In this document: piece after piece, positions 23,382 to 36,020 of the stretch
How the letters are laid out: the number at the start of each line of letters is the position of its first letter
Numbering within the stretch: the stretch's first letter is position 1
From: Mustelus asterias
Lineage: Eukaryota
Length of the DNA: 64,000 bases
NCBI RefSeq assembly: GCF_964213995.1
Contig: NC_135808.1
Location: forward strand, 7,254,001 to 7,318,000
Reading direction: 5' to 3'
Made by a program: the position numbers and the translations under genes
Notes under the pieces: model-generated
Told to the model about the DNA's origin: nothing
The model's database searches: none
Seen by the model: the letters and a program-made list of their open reading frames with translations, nothing else

Positions 23382-26300
23382 CACTGCTATAAATAAAAGA
23401 TGAATTGTACACGAGTGACAATGAGTGATCTAAATGGCAGACATCAGTTGCTTTGTCTGTAATTCCTTGAAGTAATCAAGCCTATTCATTCAATGCTGGT
23501 TATGAATAACATCAATATCTTAGTCTCAGAACAGCAATAGTCGTTCCCTTTATTGGAAGATCAGTACTGCCTGGACCTTGTAAATTAGGTCTGAGGGATT
23601 GGTGTCACCAACTGAAGCCAGTCGAATTCAACTGCTCGTATGTTAACAGCCGCTCCAGCATCAATGTTGTAAAGTTTTGTTGAAGCCTTGAATTTGATCT
23701 GTCACTAACCAACAATTTGAATGAACACGACATACTTCCCCAAGAAAGGGTGCTCGGTGGTTACTGTCATCGTTACCTCTCTCCATAGTGCCTCCTTCTA
23801 CTGCACAAACAGATCCAGCTGATTTCAAAGCTCCCTTCACTCTGACGTTCGTTTAGTAGCACCGATGTGTTTTTACTTTACATTGATGTATCCATGGTTG
23901 CTACCATGTTTTGAGATTGGTCCTTCTGTCTTGGACTCAAGGCGTGGGACTTGCTGCTTAGACAGTGTGTAGACATCCTCTATTACCTGCTGATCTCTTG
24001 TTTATTGATACTACATTTAAACAAATTATGGAGTACACATGTCATGTTTTGGCATGATTACAACTTCGCTTTCGAGTGTCTCGCCCATGGCTAACTAGAG
24101 TCACCACTGCATCATCATACATTAGCATATCCCATTTGTTAAACCTTTATGTAAACACATTGCTGCAACTGTGTTCTCGCCAAACCAACAGTTCTCTGCT
24201 CTAGTCCCAAATGCAATAAAGTCAAACATGCCGTTTGTCTTTCTAATTGCTTGCAGTAGCTGTATGTTGATTCTCTGGGTCCTTTGTACCAGGACACGCT
24301 GGGACACTCTGGGACACTAGGACACTCTGATAACCAACATAAGAGCATAAGGAATAGGAGCCGCTGCAGACAATATGGCCCCTCAAGCCTACTCTGCTAT
24401 TGAAAATGACTATGATTGCTCGGCCTCAACTCCAGTTTCATGCCCATCCTCATATCCTTTGATTACCTTTGTACCACCGAGAGGTGGCGACAGAGAATCC
24501 CAAAGATACCCATCCAGCTGAGCGACAAGATATCCTCATTTCCTGTCTTAATAATCCCCCCTCTATCCTGAGACTGCCCCCCACTTCTAGCTTCCCCAGC
24601 AAGAGAAACAGCCTCTGTGTGCCTACCCTAAGAACCTTCTTTTGAATATTGCATTTTTTTATCAAATTACCTCACAATCTTCTAAATTCTAAAGAATACA
24701 GGACAAATTTACCGAGCGTCTCATTACAGAACAACTCGCTCATTCCAGGAAATAATCTATTGAATCTTCGCTGTATCTTTTCCAAAGCACGTGCATCAAC
24801 CTTTAGACACAGAGACCAACATACTGCACTGTTCAACATGCTCCTGCCAAACCTCTATACAATTATGGCTCGACTTCCTTGTCTTCCATCCCTTCACCTT
24901 CGAAGCACAGGGCCAACAATGTGTAGCATCTAGAAGATGCGCTGTAACAATTCCCTGACGCTTCTTCAACAGGATATTCCAAGCCCACGGCCACCACCAC
25001 CTCGAAGTACAAGGACAGCAGATGCATGGAAACATAACCACGTTCTAGTTCCCAAACACAATCCGCTTTGAAACAATGGCATTATTCTTCCACGTTTGCT
25101 GGCATGATGACCCAGAACTCCCTCACTGTCATCACGGTCGGTATATGCACACAACATGGACTACAGCAGTTCAACAAGGCGGCTCATCATTATATTCTGA
25201 AAGGAATTTTGGGATGAGGAATAAAGACTGGGCTCGCCATTGATGCCCACATCCCATGTGTGCCCAGAGGGACAACTACAACAACGACTACTACAACAAC
25301 AACGTCAATATTCGTCGTAAGAGCAATTGTGACAATGAGAGTCAAGCATGCTGGGAACTTTGACCAAATTATAATTAAACAGATGCAGCTTGGAAGGCTG
25401 CTGTAAGTCTGACCTGTTCTGTGGACTGTGACCTGATACTTTCTGTGTTGACCAAATAAGGGAAGTCGTTTGGGTTATGCTAGACTTCTTGTCACCAAGG
25501 CTTCCCGCAATGTCCATATATGTTTAAGGCTATGTGAGCTACGTGCAGTTTGGGATAAACATTATGGAGTTGTGTACAAATAACTCCATTGGCCGTGACC
25601 AAACATTGTGATCGGTTTCAGATGATCTAGCTGGCTGAGTCCCAGAGAACCTTCTGGAAGCTTGGGAGAGCTTGGGGATAAAGAACAGTGTTTCCGCCTT
25701 TGCCTCCAGTGACAACTCGAGTCCCACCATCGCAAGTGCGCCCTGAAGAACATCTTCGGAGTTGACAACTCCGAGGAAGAATTTACACCAGGAACTGACC
25801 TGGGCTGCTCTCTCAAAAATCAGGGTCGTATTCATTTTCAATTAAAGAGTTAAAATTAAAGAGTTAAAGTTAAAACTTACAGAGTTAATGTTAGAGAATT
25901 GAAAGGGTTAACGTTGTACGTTTCGAGCTTTGGTACCTAATGTATCAAATTAACTAGAGTTTCTGTAAGTGAATTTGAGTCGACTCCTGTCCCTTTGTCC
26001 ATTATACTAAACTAAGTACCTGGAAAGAAATTGAACAAAATAGATTACATGTGAAATAACAAATATTTACAAACCTCACTTAATCTCTCTCCGGCTCGAG
26101 AAGTGTGGGTGAGTTCTCCCTGAAATCCGCATTGTTCAACGAATTTTCTGACAGTAGGTCACCTGCTCTTTATTACAATCTTCCTCTGGGCCTAATTCTT
26201 CAGAAATGAGTTCAGGGAAGGAGACTAAAAGGGGATCTGAAGAAAAGCTTGTTCACCCAGAGGGTGGTGGAAATCTAGAATTCACTGCCTGAAACAGTGG

Positions 26301-27204
26301 TTGCTGCGGGCAATCTCACAATATTCTTACTTGTGACTAATAAATAAATAAGTGTTTAAAAAGTATTTAGATGAACACTTGAAACGCCATAGCATACGAG
26401 GCTAGGGAGCAAGTGCTGGAAAATGGGATTCCAATAGCTAGACGTTTGATGGTATGATGGAGGGAAGGGCCTCTTCCAAAGCTACAAGACTCTAAAATCA
26501 TTGGCAGATAACTCGAAGACGTGTTTCCTACATTACACAGAACAACTGAGGAAAGTACAGAATTGGCGGCAGAGTTCCTTGGGACGTCCTGAGGTCGGAA
26601 GGCGCTATACAAACACAGGAACTTTCCCATTTCTATTTCAATTTCTCACATCAGCAATTCCATGCATATGGGACCTAGATTATCAATCCTCTTTTAAATA
26701 CCAGATCAATGGGGATAGAACTGGAAGCGCTTAAGCGAGTTGGGTGGAGGGAGCATTCAAACCAGGCAGCTATCAGAAAAGGAAGAATCTTCAAGTATAC
26801 AGCGTTAAGACGGGAAAACTGAGTTAGGCGAATTATTCATGCAAAGAGCCGATGTAGATACGATGGCCCAAATGGCCTGCTTTTGCGCCGTAATATTTCT
26901 GTGATTCTGTGCTCGATTTCCCTTTTAGAGATTGTGCATTACCAGAATGCGGAAGCATTCTTCCAGCTTTGCACACCGGATTTCCCAAATTAGGTCAGAG
27001 TCATTTGTTGAAGTAATTACAACCTGCATCTTCAATTTAACCGCAACTCATTGGCTGCATTTGGATATCTACTTCCTCATTATAGTATTTATAGCTGTAT
27101 TTTCCCCATTAACGGAGTAATTCCCCCTTACCTTCACTGCATTGGTTTGCAGCCGCGTAATTCGCATGCTGGTTGACCGTACATTTCGTGTGGCAGATTG
27201 ATCG

Positions 27205-27600
27205 AGAAGTTCAATAAACTGGGCTTGGTCTCCCTTGAAAGACGGAGGCTAATGGAAGGTTATAAAATTATGAGGAGCATAGATAAGGTGAACAGTTGGG
27301 AACTTTTTCGCTGTGCAGAAATGACAATCACAAGGTGGCGCAAGTTCAAGGTAAGGGGGGAAAGTTTCAGTGGAGATGTGCGGCGGAAGTTTTTTACACA
27401 GAGGGTAGTGGGAGCCTGGAATGCACTGCCAGTGAGGTGGTCGAGACAGATACGTGAGCGACATTTAAGACTTATCTGGATAAGTACATGAACAGACGGG
27501 GAAGAGAGGGATATAAGCGGTTGGTCTAGATAGAATAACGCGATCGGTGCAGGCTTGGAGGGTCAAAGGGCCTGTTCCTCTGCTGCACTGTTCTTTATTC
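27205..27600 (+). mobile_element. CR1 LINE 3' end
   Basis: ORF 27198..27491. Confidence 0.8.
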
Positions 27601-27779
27601 TTGCAACGTGTGACCTACTCCCACCCCCCACCACCTACGCCTCCGCAAGGAATCAATGAAGATGATTGGATGAGCATTTCCCTGCGAGGTTCCTGCATCC
27701 GCTTCATGAAGCTTTCGATTTGACCTGGTTGAAAGTGACCTGTTCACCTTTTGACTGCAGGCGACTAACATTATTCAGT

Positions 27780-27866
27780 GTGAACAATGTTGGTGGAGAG
27801 AATGCATGCTGCCCGGTCTATCTTTGGAAAGGCGAGTGACAGACAATTATTTTTATATCTCTGAAG
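27780..27866 (+). other. Probable first (5' UTR) exon of gene B; start position uncertain
   Basis: Consensus donor AAG|GTAAGT at 27866|27867 in unique sequence. It lies upstream of a leader exon that carries its own acceptor. Confidence 0.5.
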
Positions 27867-28341
27867 GTAAGTCCATTTGATTAGCGATTCTCCTTTATTT
27901 AATACGATTGGAAGAAGTGGAAACACCTGAGACGGAAAGTTACCTCTGCGACCTCCGAACCATTTTGAATGTAGAATCAGTGTGTTGTGGTTTCAGTTGT
28001 ATTCGCTTTTGATTTAAAATTCAATGTTCGTTAAAAGTACGCTTCAGATAAATTCTATATTATCAATTGAAGGCATGTTTTGTGTATATTATTGCTTGAA
28101 ACATACATATTTCAATATAATTATTAGTGTGTCTCAATCTCTCTGCGGGGAAAAGTGCATGGAATATACAAATGTTCCTCACTATGTCTGCAATAGATGT
28201 TCTAGATGGGGTAAATGGAGAATCAGCAGAAGTGTTCCTCCATCACTGAGGGAGACACAGCAGGGGAGTCGTCATTAGTTGGATGGGCACAAGGGAGAAA
28301 CTAATACATTAGAAACTCATCAATGTTATGTCATGGAATAA

Positions 28342-28642
28342 ATCATAGAATCCCTACAGTGCAGAAGGAGGCTATTCGGACCATCGAGTCTGCACGGACA
28401 ACAATCCCATCCAGGCCCTATCACAGTAGCCCCATGTATTTACCCTGATAATCCCTCTGACACTAAGGGGCAAGTTGTCATGGCCAATCCACCGAACCCG
28501 CACATCTTTGGAGTGTGGGAGGAAACCGGAGCAAATCCACACAGACAAGAGGAGAACGTATAAACTCCGCACAGTCACCCGAGCCGGAATTAAACCCAGG
28601 GCCCTGGCGCAGTGAGGCGGCAGTGCTAACCACTGTGCCACC
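28342..28642 (-). mobile_element. HE1-type SINE in gene B intron 1
   Basis: Canonical head, core and tail. Confidence 0.8.
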
Positions 28643-29019
28643 CCCCCCCCCTAAGTTAACAGGTGAAACTGCAGGCCTTGTTTTCTAAGTGGAATCAAGG
28701 GATTCTTTTTTTTATTATTCATTCATTGGACATCGGCGTCGCTGGCTGACCAGCTTTTGTTGCCCATCCCTAGTTGTCCTGGGAGGGCACTTGAGAGTCA
28801 ACCATATTGCTGCGGATCTGGAGTCACGTGTTGAGCAGATAGGGTTTTCCGACAATAAATGATGATTCCATGGTAATCAGTAGATTCTTAATTCCAGATT
28901 TTATTTATTGAATTCAAATTCTGCCAACTGCCGTGGCGGGATTCGAACCCGGGTCCACAGAACATTAGCTGCGTTTCTAGATTAATAGTCTAGCGATAAT
29001 ACCACTAGCTATTGCCTCC

Positions 29020-29325
29020 CCGAAGATCGGAGGCTGAATGCCCCTAACTGCTGAAGTGTTCCCCGACTAAAAGGGAACATTCCTGCCTGGCGATTGTCGC
29101 ACAGTGTCTATTCATCCGTTGTCGTAGGTCTGCACCGTCTTGCCGATGTACCATGCCTCTGGGCATCCTTTCCTGCAGCGTGAGATAGACAACGTTGGCC
29201 GAGTGGCATGAGTATGAGTATATGTGGGTGGTATTCTCATGTGTGATGGTGGTACCCATGTCGATGGTCCGGCACGTCTTGGAGAGTTTGCCGTAGCAAG
29301 ATTGTGTGGTGTGTACAGGAGCGGC
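29020..29325 (-). mobile_element. Penelope-like element GIY-YIG endonuclease fragment
   Basis: Frameshifted CHSANVVYL / RCRKGCPEAWYIGKT / LRQRMNRH in ORFs 29044..29352 and 29112..29330. Confidence 0.8.
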
Positions 29326-29404
29326 CACACATGGAGAAGGGGAATGTGCCACTATGTTGCCTATTTCAAAATACTTTTTATGATTTCCAGACCACTGTGA
29401 AGCA

Positions 29405-29450
29405 ATGAAACCCGCTGACCTGCTGTGGACCTCGATGTTACTATTCTTTA
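29405..29450 (+). CDS. Gene B leader exon MKPADLLWTSMLLFF (exon starts 29391)
   Basis: Acceptor tgatttccag| at 29390, gcaATG at 29405, 15 codons ending hydrophobic, phase-1 donor A|GTAAGA. Joins the V exon in frame. Confidence 0.75.
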
Positions 29451-29959
29451 GTAAGATTTTCTTTTAGTACTACACGTACCTATTGTGCTGTCCGGCAAAG
29501 TTGCGTAACCAGACTCTAGAAGTATATGGGCATACGAATTAGGAGCAAGTGCAGGTCAGTAGACCCCTCGAGCCTGCCCGCCAGTCAATAAATTCATGGC
29601 TGATTTGATTGTAACCTCAACCCCACATTCCTCCCTATCACTGATAACCTTTCACCCCCATGTTAATCAAGAATCTATCTAGCTCTGCCTTAAAAACATT
29701 CAAAGCCTTTGCTTCCACTGCCTCTTAAGGAATTGAATGTCAGAGATTCAAGACCCTCTCAGAGAAAATAAACTTTTCCTCACCTGTGCCTGAAATGGGC
29801 GACCCATTATTTTTGAACTGTGACCAGCAAACGATGAAGTGGAGAATCATTTGATATAATTAACTATATAATGTTTGATGATCCGACTGTTGTCGCAAAT
29901 CATACAAGGAAGAGTTCCCTCAGTTTGTACATTAACTGGCTTCGGCATTTGTCTTCCAG

Positions 29960-30313
29960 CAACAACTGCTAGCAAGATCAAAGTGTTTCAAAAACCACCC
30001 TCCATTGTGACAACGGAGGGAAAGACAGTCTACCTTCTCTGCACTTACAACACATCTCACACTCAACAGAACGGAGCTTTCTCCTGGCACAAAAACATCA
30101 AAAATGGAACCGAAGATACCAGAGTGACAAATAAATCCGAAAAATACTCGGGTAGGATTTTCGAGGTGGACAGACCATCTTTCAAAGCCAATCGAAACGC
30201 TTCTATCGCGATCAGAAACGTGAAGCAGGATGACTCAGGCACCTATTATTGTCAGGTCGAGATATTTTTCGGCGAGAAAGAGTTTGGACCAGGAACAATA
30301 CTAACAGTTGAAC
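29960..30313 (+). CDS. NCR3: Gene B Ig V-set exon with germline-joined J segment, NKp30/NCR3-like
   Basis: KVFQKP..EG...LLC...FSWHK...GRI...DDSGTYYCQV...FGPGTILTVE. Acceptor gtcttccag| and donor C|GTAAGT, phase 1-1. Symbol denotes family resemblance, not proven orthology. Confidence 0.85.
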
Positions 30314-30348
30314 GTAAGTTTATATGGTTGGTACGAGAATAGGAATCC

Positions 30349-30386
<38 letters not shown>

Positions 30387-30546
30387 GACTGTCGGCAGAT
30401 GGACAGAGGTCGAGACATATCATGGACTCAGAAATTGAAAGGCAGATAGATAGACAGGCACGTTAACACTTACACAGGTAGACAGGTGGATAGATAGAAC
30501 GATAGACTAGATTTATGGACAGACAGAAAGAAAGACAGGTAGAAAG
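30349..30546. repeat. (GT)n followed by GATA/GACA-type microsatellite running into a gap
   Basis: Seen directly. Confidence 0.85.
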
Positions 30547-30716
30547 NNNNNNNNNNNNNNNNNNNNNNNNNNNNNNNNNNNNNNNNNNNNNNNNNNNNNN
30601 NNNNNNNNNNNNNNNNNNNNNNNNNNNNNNNNNNNNNNNNNNNNNNNNNNNNNNNNNNNNNNNNNNNNNNNNNNNNNNNNNNNNNNNNNNNNNNNNNNNN
30701 NNNNNNNNNNNNNNNN
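30547..30716. other. Assembly gap (170 N) inside gene B intron
   Basis: N run. Confidence 1.
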
Positions 30717-31338
30717 AATATTTTCATTCCATATTTACTCCAAAATGCGTAACCGTTATAATATTTCAGCAATATATGAGGATGACTATCTCGAAAACAC
30801 ATTTCCCAGCCTCACATTATGGGATTGAGTGAGTGGATGCAGATATGCATGCCACAAGGCACACAGCTGACATGTATTAAGTGCAATGGGTAGCCAAAGA
30901 ACAAGCAAAATAATCAGTGCAACGAAAGCCTCATGATATTACCACACACACGATAGAGAATATGTAACATGCAATTAATTTACTAGTCCAATGGCATCCC
31001 GAACAAATTGTAAAAAAAAGCCCCTTTATTCAAGCAGAAAGAAACATTGTTCAATGTTTTAGATGATGTAACAATGGCATTAAGGAATGGGCAAATTATT
31101 GAGTAAGAAGAAAGTCAACACCAGGATTAAAGTCGAACTAGATGGTCTAAGAAGCAGGATCATTAGTATACAGTAAGTTGTGTGGAGTACCACTCTGAAT
31201 GCTCAGGTACCATCTCTCGAAAACCTTCCCGCACGAGTGTCGAAGAGAATGGGGAACAAGCTGAGTGAATATCGCGGTGAGCTGCCGGAATGAATCAAAG
31301 AAACTATTTGCTGAATTTAATTGCTACCTTCTCTATAG

Positions 31339-31541
31339 ACAAGAAGCAACCCAATAACAGCGGAGGTTCGTTAATTCGGGAGTTGATTGTGATGGGAGTG
31401 AAACTTGCAGTGTTTGCTGTGTTCATCATTATAACAATATCTCTCGTGCATTCCTGCGATTCTCGAGATTCTCCTGCGTCATTTAATTCAAGTCGAGAGG
31501 AGATTAATTCATCCTGGAAATGTTACATGGAAAACGGTTAA
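31339..31541 (+). CDS. Gene B stalk/TM/short-tail exon with Lys in TM (LIVMGVKLAVFAVFIIITISLV)
   Basis: Acceptor ccttctctatag| in phase 1, open to TAA at 31541. Paralogous to 51805-51998. Confidence 0.85.
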
Positions 31542-32819
31542 AATGAACCGATTGATATTTTGGACCGTGTGTATTTACAGTTGATTCTGAAGTGAAATTA
31601 CAACTGCAATCACTGTAGCTGTTAAATGCAAACGCAAATTATGCCATACGTCAGAACGTAACTTGAGTTCAAATATGTTCGTAGTCCCTCTTTTTCTTCA
31701 TGCAGTTTCATATGAGAGTGTTTTAATATTCAAATGTGCATTCTGTGCTCTTAAACTGATGAAACCCGTTCGTTGAAGTGTGCTTTATAGGAAGTTGCAT
31801 ATATTCCACGTGCGACTTTAAATGATTTTACCTAGTGAATCAACAAAACCCATGTCAACATGCTAAGATATTCCCATGCCTTTTTTCCCCTGGGAGATAG
31901 AGGAGCTGGATAGATGCTCCAAGGTGGAATATAACATTAATGTCTTAAAAAACATTTTTTAAACACTGTGCATGCACACGCAAGTAGAACATTGTGAGCG
32001 TGTATGGGCGGCACGGTAGCATAGTGGTTACAGTGTCTCACAGCTCCAGTTCAATTCCCGGCTTGGGTGACTGTCTGTGTGGAGTTTGCACATTCTCCCC
32101 GTGTCTCCGTGGGTTTCATCCGGGTGCTCCGGTTTCCTCCAAAGATGTGCGGTTAGGTTGGTTGGCCATACTAAATTGTCCCCCATGGTGTCCCTGGATG
32201 TGTAGGTAAGAGGGATTGGCGGGGTAAATGTATGGAGTTGTGGAGGTAGGGCCTGGATGGGATTGCTGTCGATGCAGATTCGATGGGCCGAATGGCCTCC
32301 TTCTTCACTGTAGGGTTTCTACGATTCTATGATTTACCATTATAAGCGGTCGTTTCTTATGCTGTCTCCTTCGTAACCATTAAATATTAACGCGTGCTGC
32401 ATAATTTACACGTATGCTCCTCTGGAGTTCAAGTTCAGATTCTAGTTTGCAATATAGGGACGGTTTTGCTTCGTAAGAAACATTCAATTCATTGGCAAAA
32501 CTTCCCTTAAATTCAAATCACAGTCTGACAGAACAATGTTGATTTAGCAGAGAAGTCTGACTATTCTCTGCAGATGCGAATCAATGTAATTATTTTGCAC
32601 TTATTTCCATGCCTCTTCGTCAATTATGTGTTTCCGGCAGATGCAGTTCGGCATTGAAATGTTACTCAGCTTTATACACTCATTCTTCAATTAAAATAAT
32701 CGTATGTGAGGTGCAGCACAACCTATGGGCAACAACAAAGACCCGATATAGTGAAGCAACAATGTGACCTAACACCGCCTTCAAAACTAACCGTAGCCTT
32801 TTATATGTTGTCACCCTTG

Positions 32820-33410
32820 ATAGAATGGATAATCGGAGTCTTTTTCCCAGAGTAGGAATGTCAATTACTAGGGGACAAAGGTTTAAGATAAACATAGAAC
32901 ATTACAGCGCAGTACAGGCCCTTCGGCCCTCGATGTTGTGCCGACCAGTGGAACCAATCTAATGCCCCTCTAATCTACACTATTCCAACATCACCATATC
33001 CAATAACCATTTGAATGCTCTTAATGTTGACGAGTCCACTACTGCTGCAGGCAGAACATTCCACGCCCTTACTACTCTCTGAGTAAAGAACCTACCTCTA
33101 ACATCTGTCCTATATCTCTCGCCCCTCAATTTAAAGCTATGAAGGGGGAACGTATAAAGGAGATGTGAGAGGCAAGTATTTTTACAAAGGATGGTAAGTG
33201 CGCTGGCAGAGGAGGTGGTAGAAAAAGATACCCAGATACAATAGCAACGTTTCAGAGACAGCTTGACAGATACATGGATAGACGGGGAATTGACGGATAA
33301 AGACTGCATATTGGCAAAAGGCCTTCAGTTTAGAAAGTTTAGTCAGACCTCATCTGTCGACGCAGGCCTAGTGTACCGAAGGGCCTGTTCCTGTGCTGGA
33401 CTGTTCTTTG
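32820..33410. mobile_element. CR1 3' end (+) with a younger CR1 3' end nested in reverse (about 32891-33140)
   Basis: Nested copy is nearly the reverse complement of 42655-42928 (both encode [28 protein letters not shown]). Confidence 0.8.
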
Positions 33411-35883
33411 TCCTTAGTTCTTTGTCCATTCCTGATGATGTGATTCGATACTGTCTCGCGACTTTGTAACATTTTTGCCTGTTACTCCCTACCTCTTATT
33501 CTTTTGACTTTTGCAAAGGGCACTGCTGGCAAATCACTTCCAAAGTCAGCAAGGTACTTTGTTGGAAAGCAAGCGAAATCAGTCGCTTAAATCAAGGCAT
33601 AAATGGCCGATATAGACTTGAACAGCTTGATTGGCAAAGGGCAAAAGGTCATTGGCCGTAGGCAGGAATGTGGGGTTGAGGTGAATGGTGGATTGTGCAC
33701 AGTGAGAGGCTCAGTTGCCTATTCCTGCTCCTTCTCAAAAATTTGATTTTCAACAATATCGCAGCATATAAGTTTTTTTAAGTAAACCAACCTTGAAATG
33801 AAACAATGCAAATGACTTGAAAGTTTAAAGTTTATGTATTAGTCACAAGTAGGCTTACATTCACACAGCAAGATTCTGTGAAAATCCCCTAGTCGGCCAC
33901 ACTCCGACACCTGTTCGGGTGCACTGAGGGAGAATTAAGCATGGCCAATCCACCTAACCAGCACATCTTTTGGACTGTGGGAGAAAATCCATGCCAACAC
34001 GAGGAGAACGTGTGAACTCCACACAGGCGGTGACCGAAGCCGGGAATCAAACCTGGGTCCCTGGCGCTGTGAAGCAGCAGTGCTAACCACTGTGGTACCG
34101 TGCCACCCTACTTTTAGTCAAAAACTGAAAGCTCAATGAATTCAACCTGACAATGTGTGAACAATGGCTGTAAAATAGAATGCCGACTTTTTATTTCTAT
34201 TCTATAATTTAAGGCGACTTGCATTTTGCAACGTGGTGTAATTTTATTTGCATTCGCTAAAATAAGTATGAAATCTTTTTACACTTGTGTACTTGTACAA
34301 TGTTTTTCAAAAAAATCATCGTTTGAAGCTGTGCTGAATTAATGATTTTATGCTCTATTTGTATTGTCGTCACAAAACGGCATCTGGCGCCATGAGTATT
34401 TCTCATTAAACTAACCATCAATCTATCTAAAACATAATGTTTTATTTTAAATGGTTGAGAAGAATTGAGAAACAACGAGTGTCTCAGTTGCGCATCATCG
34501 TTTTATGACTTTTGCCTTTCTTCCTGGGATGTGGTCAACCATCCATCATCCGTCAGGGTTGTCTTGAGCCATGAAATGTGTTTTTACTGTTATTATCCAC
34601 GTGGGATCCGAGCCACGCTGCGTCCCGACATACGCATTGTAGCTGTTTGCACGCCCATTGCGACGAACATGAAAGCTTCCATACTCTTATTTTCCCCATA
34701 ACATCACGGAAATTGTCTGATTCATTCCTTCCAGTTTCAAAGTTTCGCCTGCTGGGATCAGGATCTTGTGATAATCAGCACCATTCGACTCCTGCCGCTG
34801 TGCTGATTTCTATCCAAACCAATTATCTATGTCTAGATTACAAATCCAGGGTTGCAGTGGGAAGCTGCCGAATAATTAAGATAACTGTTCACTTCTGATT
34901 GACAAAGCACTTCTGTTTTGCTTTTATTAATCAGCTGTATTTGTAGCTATAAATATCAACGACTGATAGAACCTCGAACCTGGCTCCTTGGGGCAGCTTG
35001 TACATATCAGGAAGCTTGTCCTTGGGTCAGAGAATATTAGTCGATGTTAGGCTTATTAACAGATATGGGCAATCAGCATCTTTCTAAGTCAGCCTAACCT
35101 ATAGAAAGATTGACAAAAATCTCTCAACAGGCCTCTTCATTATTACAGCACCAATTTGTGATGGACCAGTAAACAGGACAGTCAATGTAAAACAAAATGA
35201 CCGTGGGTCAAACTTATTTCGCATTATAACCCATCTGGCGTAACAAGCAGTCCATTCTGCTGAGCCTTACTGTTCCTCCACAAAGATGAGTGGTGTTCAA
35301 AACACTCCACTTGTGACTCGATGGTTAATGCTCTTTTCACGTGGCATGTTAACCGGATCCAGTACACAACAACTTATAATTGGCGCTGTGCCCCTTTAAG
35401 CGTTTAAGAGTTAGCAGTTTTTAGAAAAGGAGAGTTATTGGACGCAGTGTCGTTTTCATATAGCATCCAGGAAAGTTCCGCTCAGCTGTTTTGTTCTTAT
35501 ATCATGTTGCCGCAGCGAGTTGCTTAAAGGGTAGTAAAACTGCATGGTGGGGAAGTTCAGGCGATGCGAAATGAATCACAATTTTGTGTTCTGGTACAGA
35601 TCCTGCTTCCTGCTAAATAACAGAAGCGTACCTCATTGCCTTACCATTTCACAGTCTATGTTTCTCCCACAAATCGATCAAAATGTTCTCTGCATTAACA
35701 TGGGCCGTTATTTTTCATCTGCTATTTCCCCCGGTAAATGAAATATCTAATATGCATAATGAGCCCTTGAAAAAGCTATAACACTTACAAATGCTACATT
35801 GTAAGGTAATGTTGATCCATTGTGTTCCCTCGACACCGACAGCTCTGACAAATACGAGATCATGGTAATCAATTTAGAGTACA

Positions 35884-36020
35884 AAAGTCTCACAAAATCA
35901 GGTGACGAAGGAGCAGCGCTCCAAAAGCTCGTGATTCCAAATAAACCTGTTGGACTTTAACCTGGTGTTGTGAGACTTCTTATTGTGCCCACCCCAGTCC
36001 AACGCCGGCATCTCCACATC
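35884..36020 (+). mobile_element. Penelope-like terminal (pLTR) fragment with short inverted end and degenerate hammerhead core
   Basis: AAGTCTCACAA...TTGTGAGACTT inversion; TGACGAAGGAGCAGCGCTCCAAAAGC; flanked by TTAGAGTA direct repeats. Confidence 0.6.

Noticed and set aside
26932-27120. Hydrophobic ORF end (IYFLIIVFIAVF) as a TM exon
   Set aside because: Nearest acceptor gives the wrong phase and similarity to the B/C TM exons is not convincing.
30470-30832. ORFs with X runs (also 55945-56547)
   Set aside because: Artefacts of reading through N gaps.
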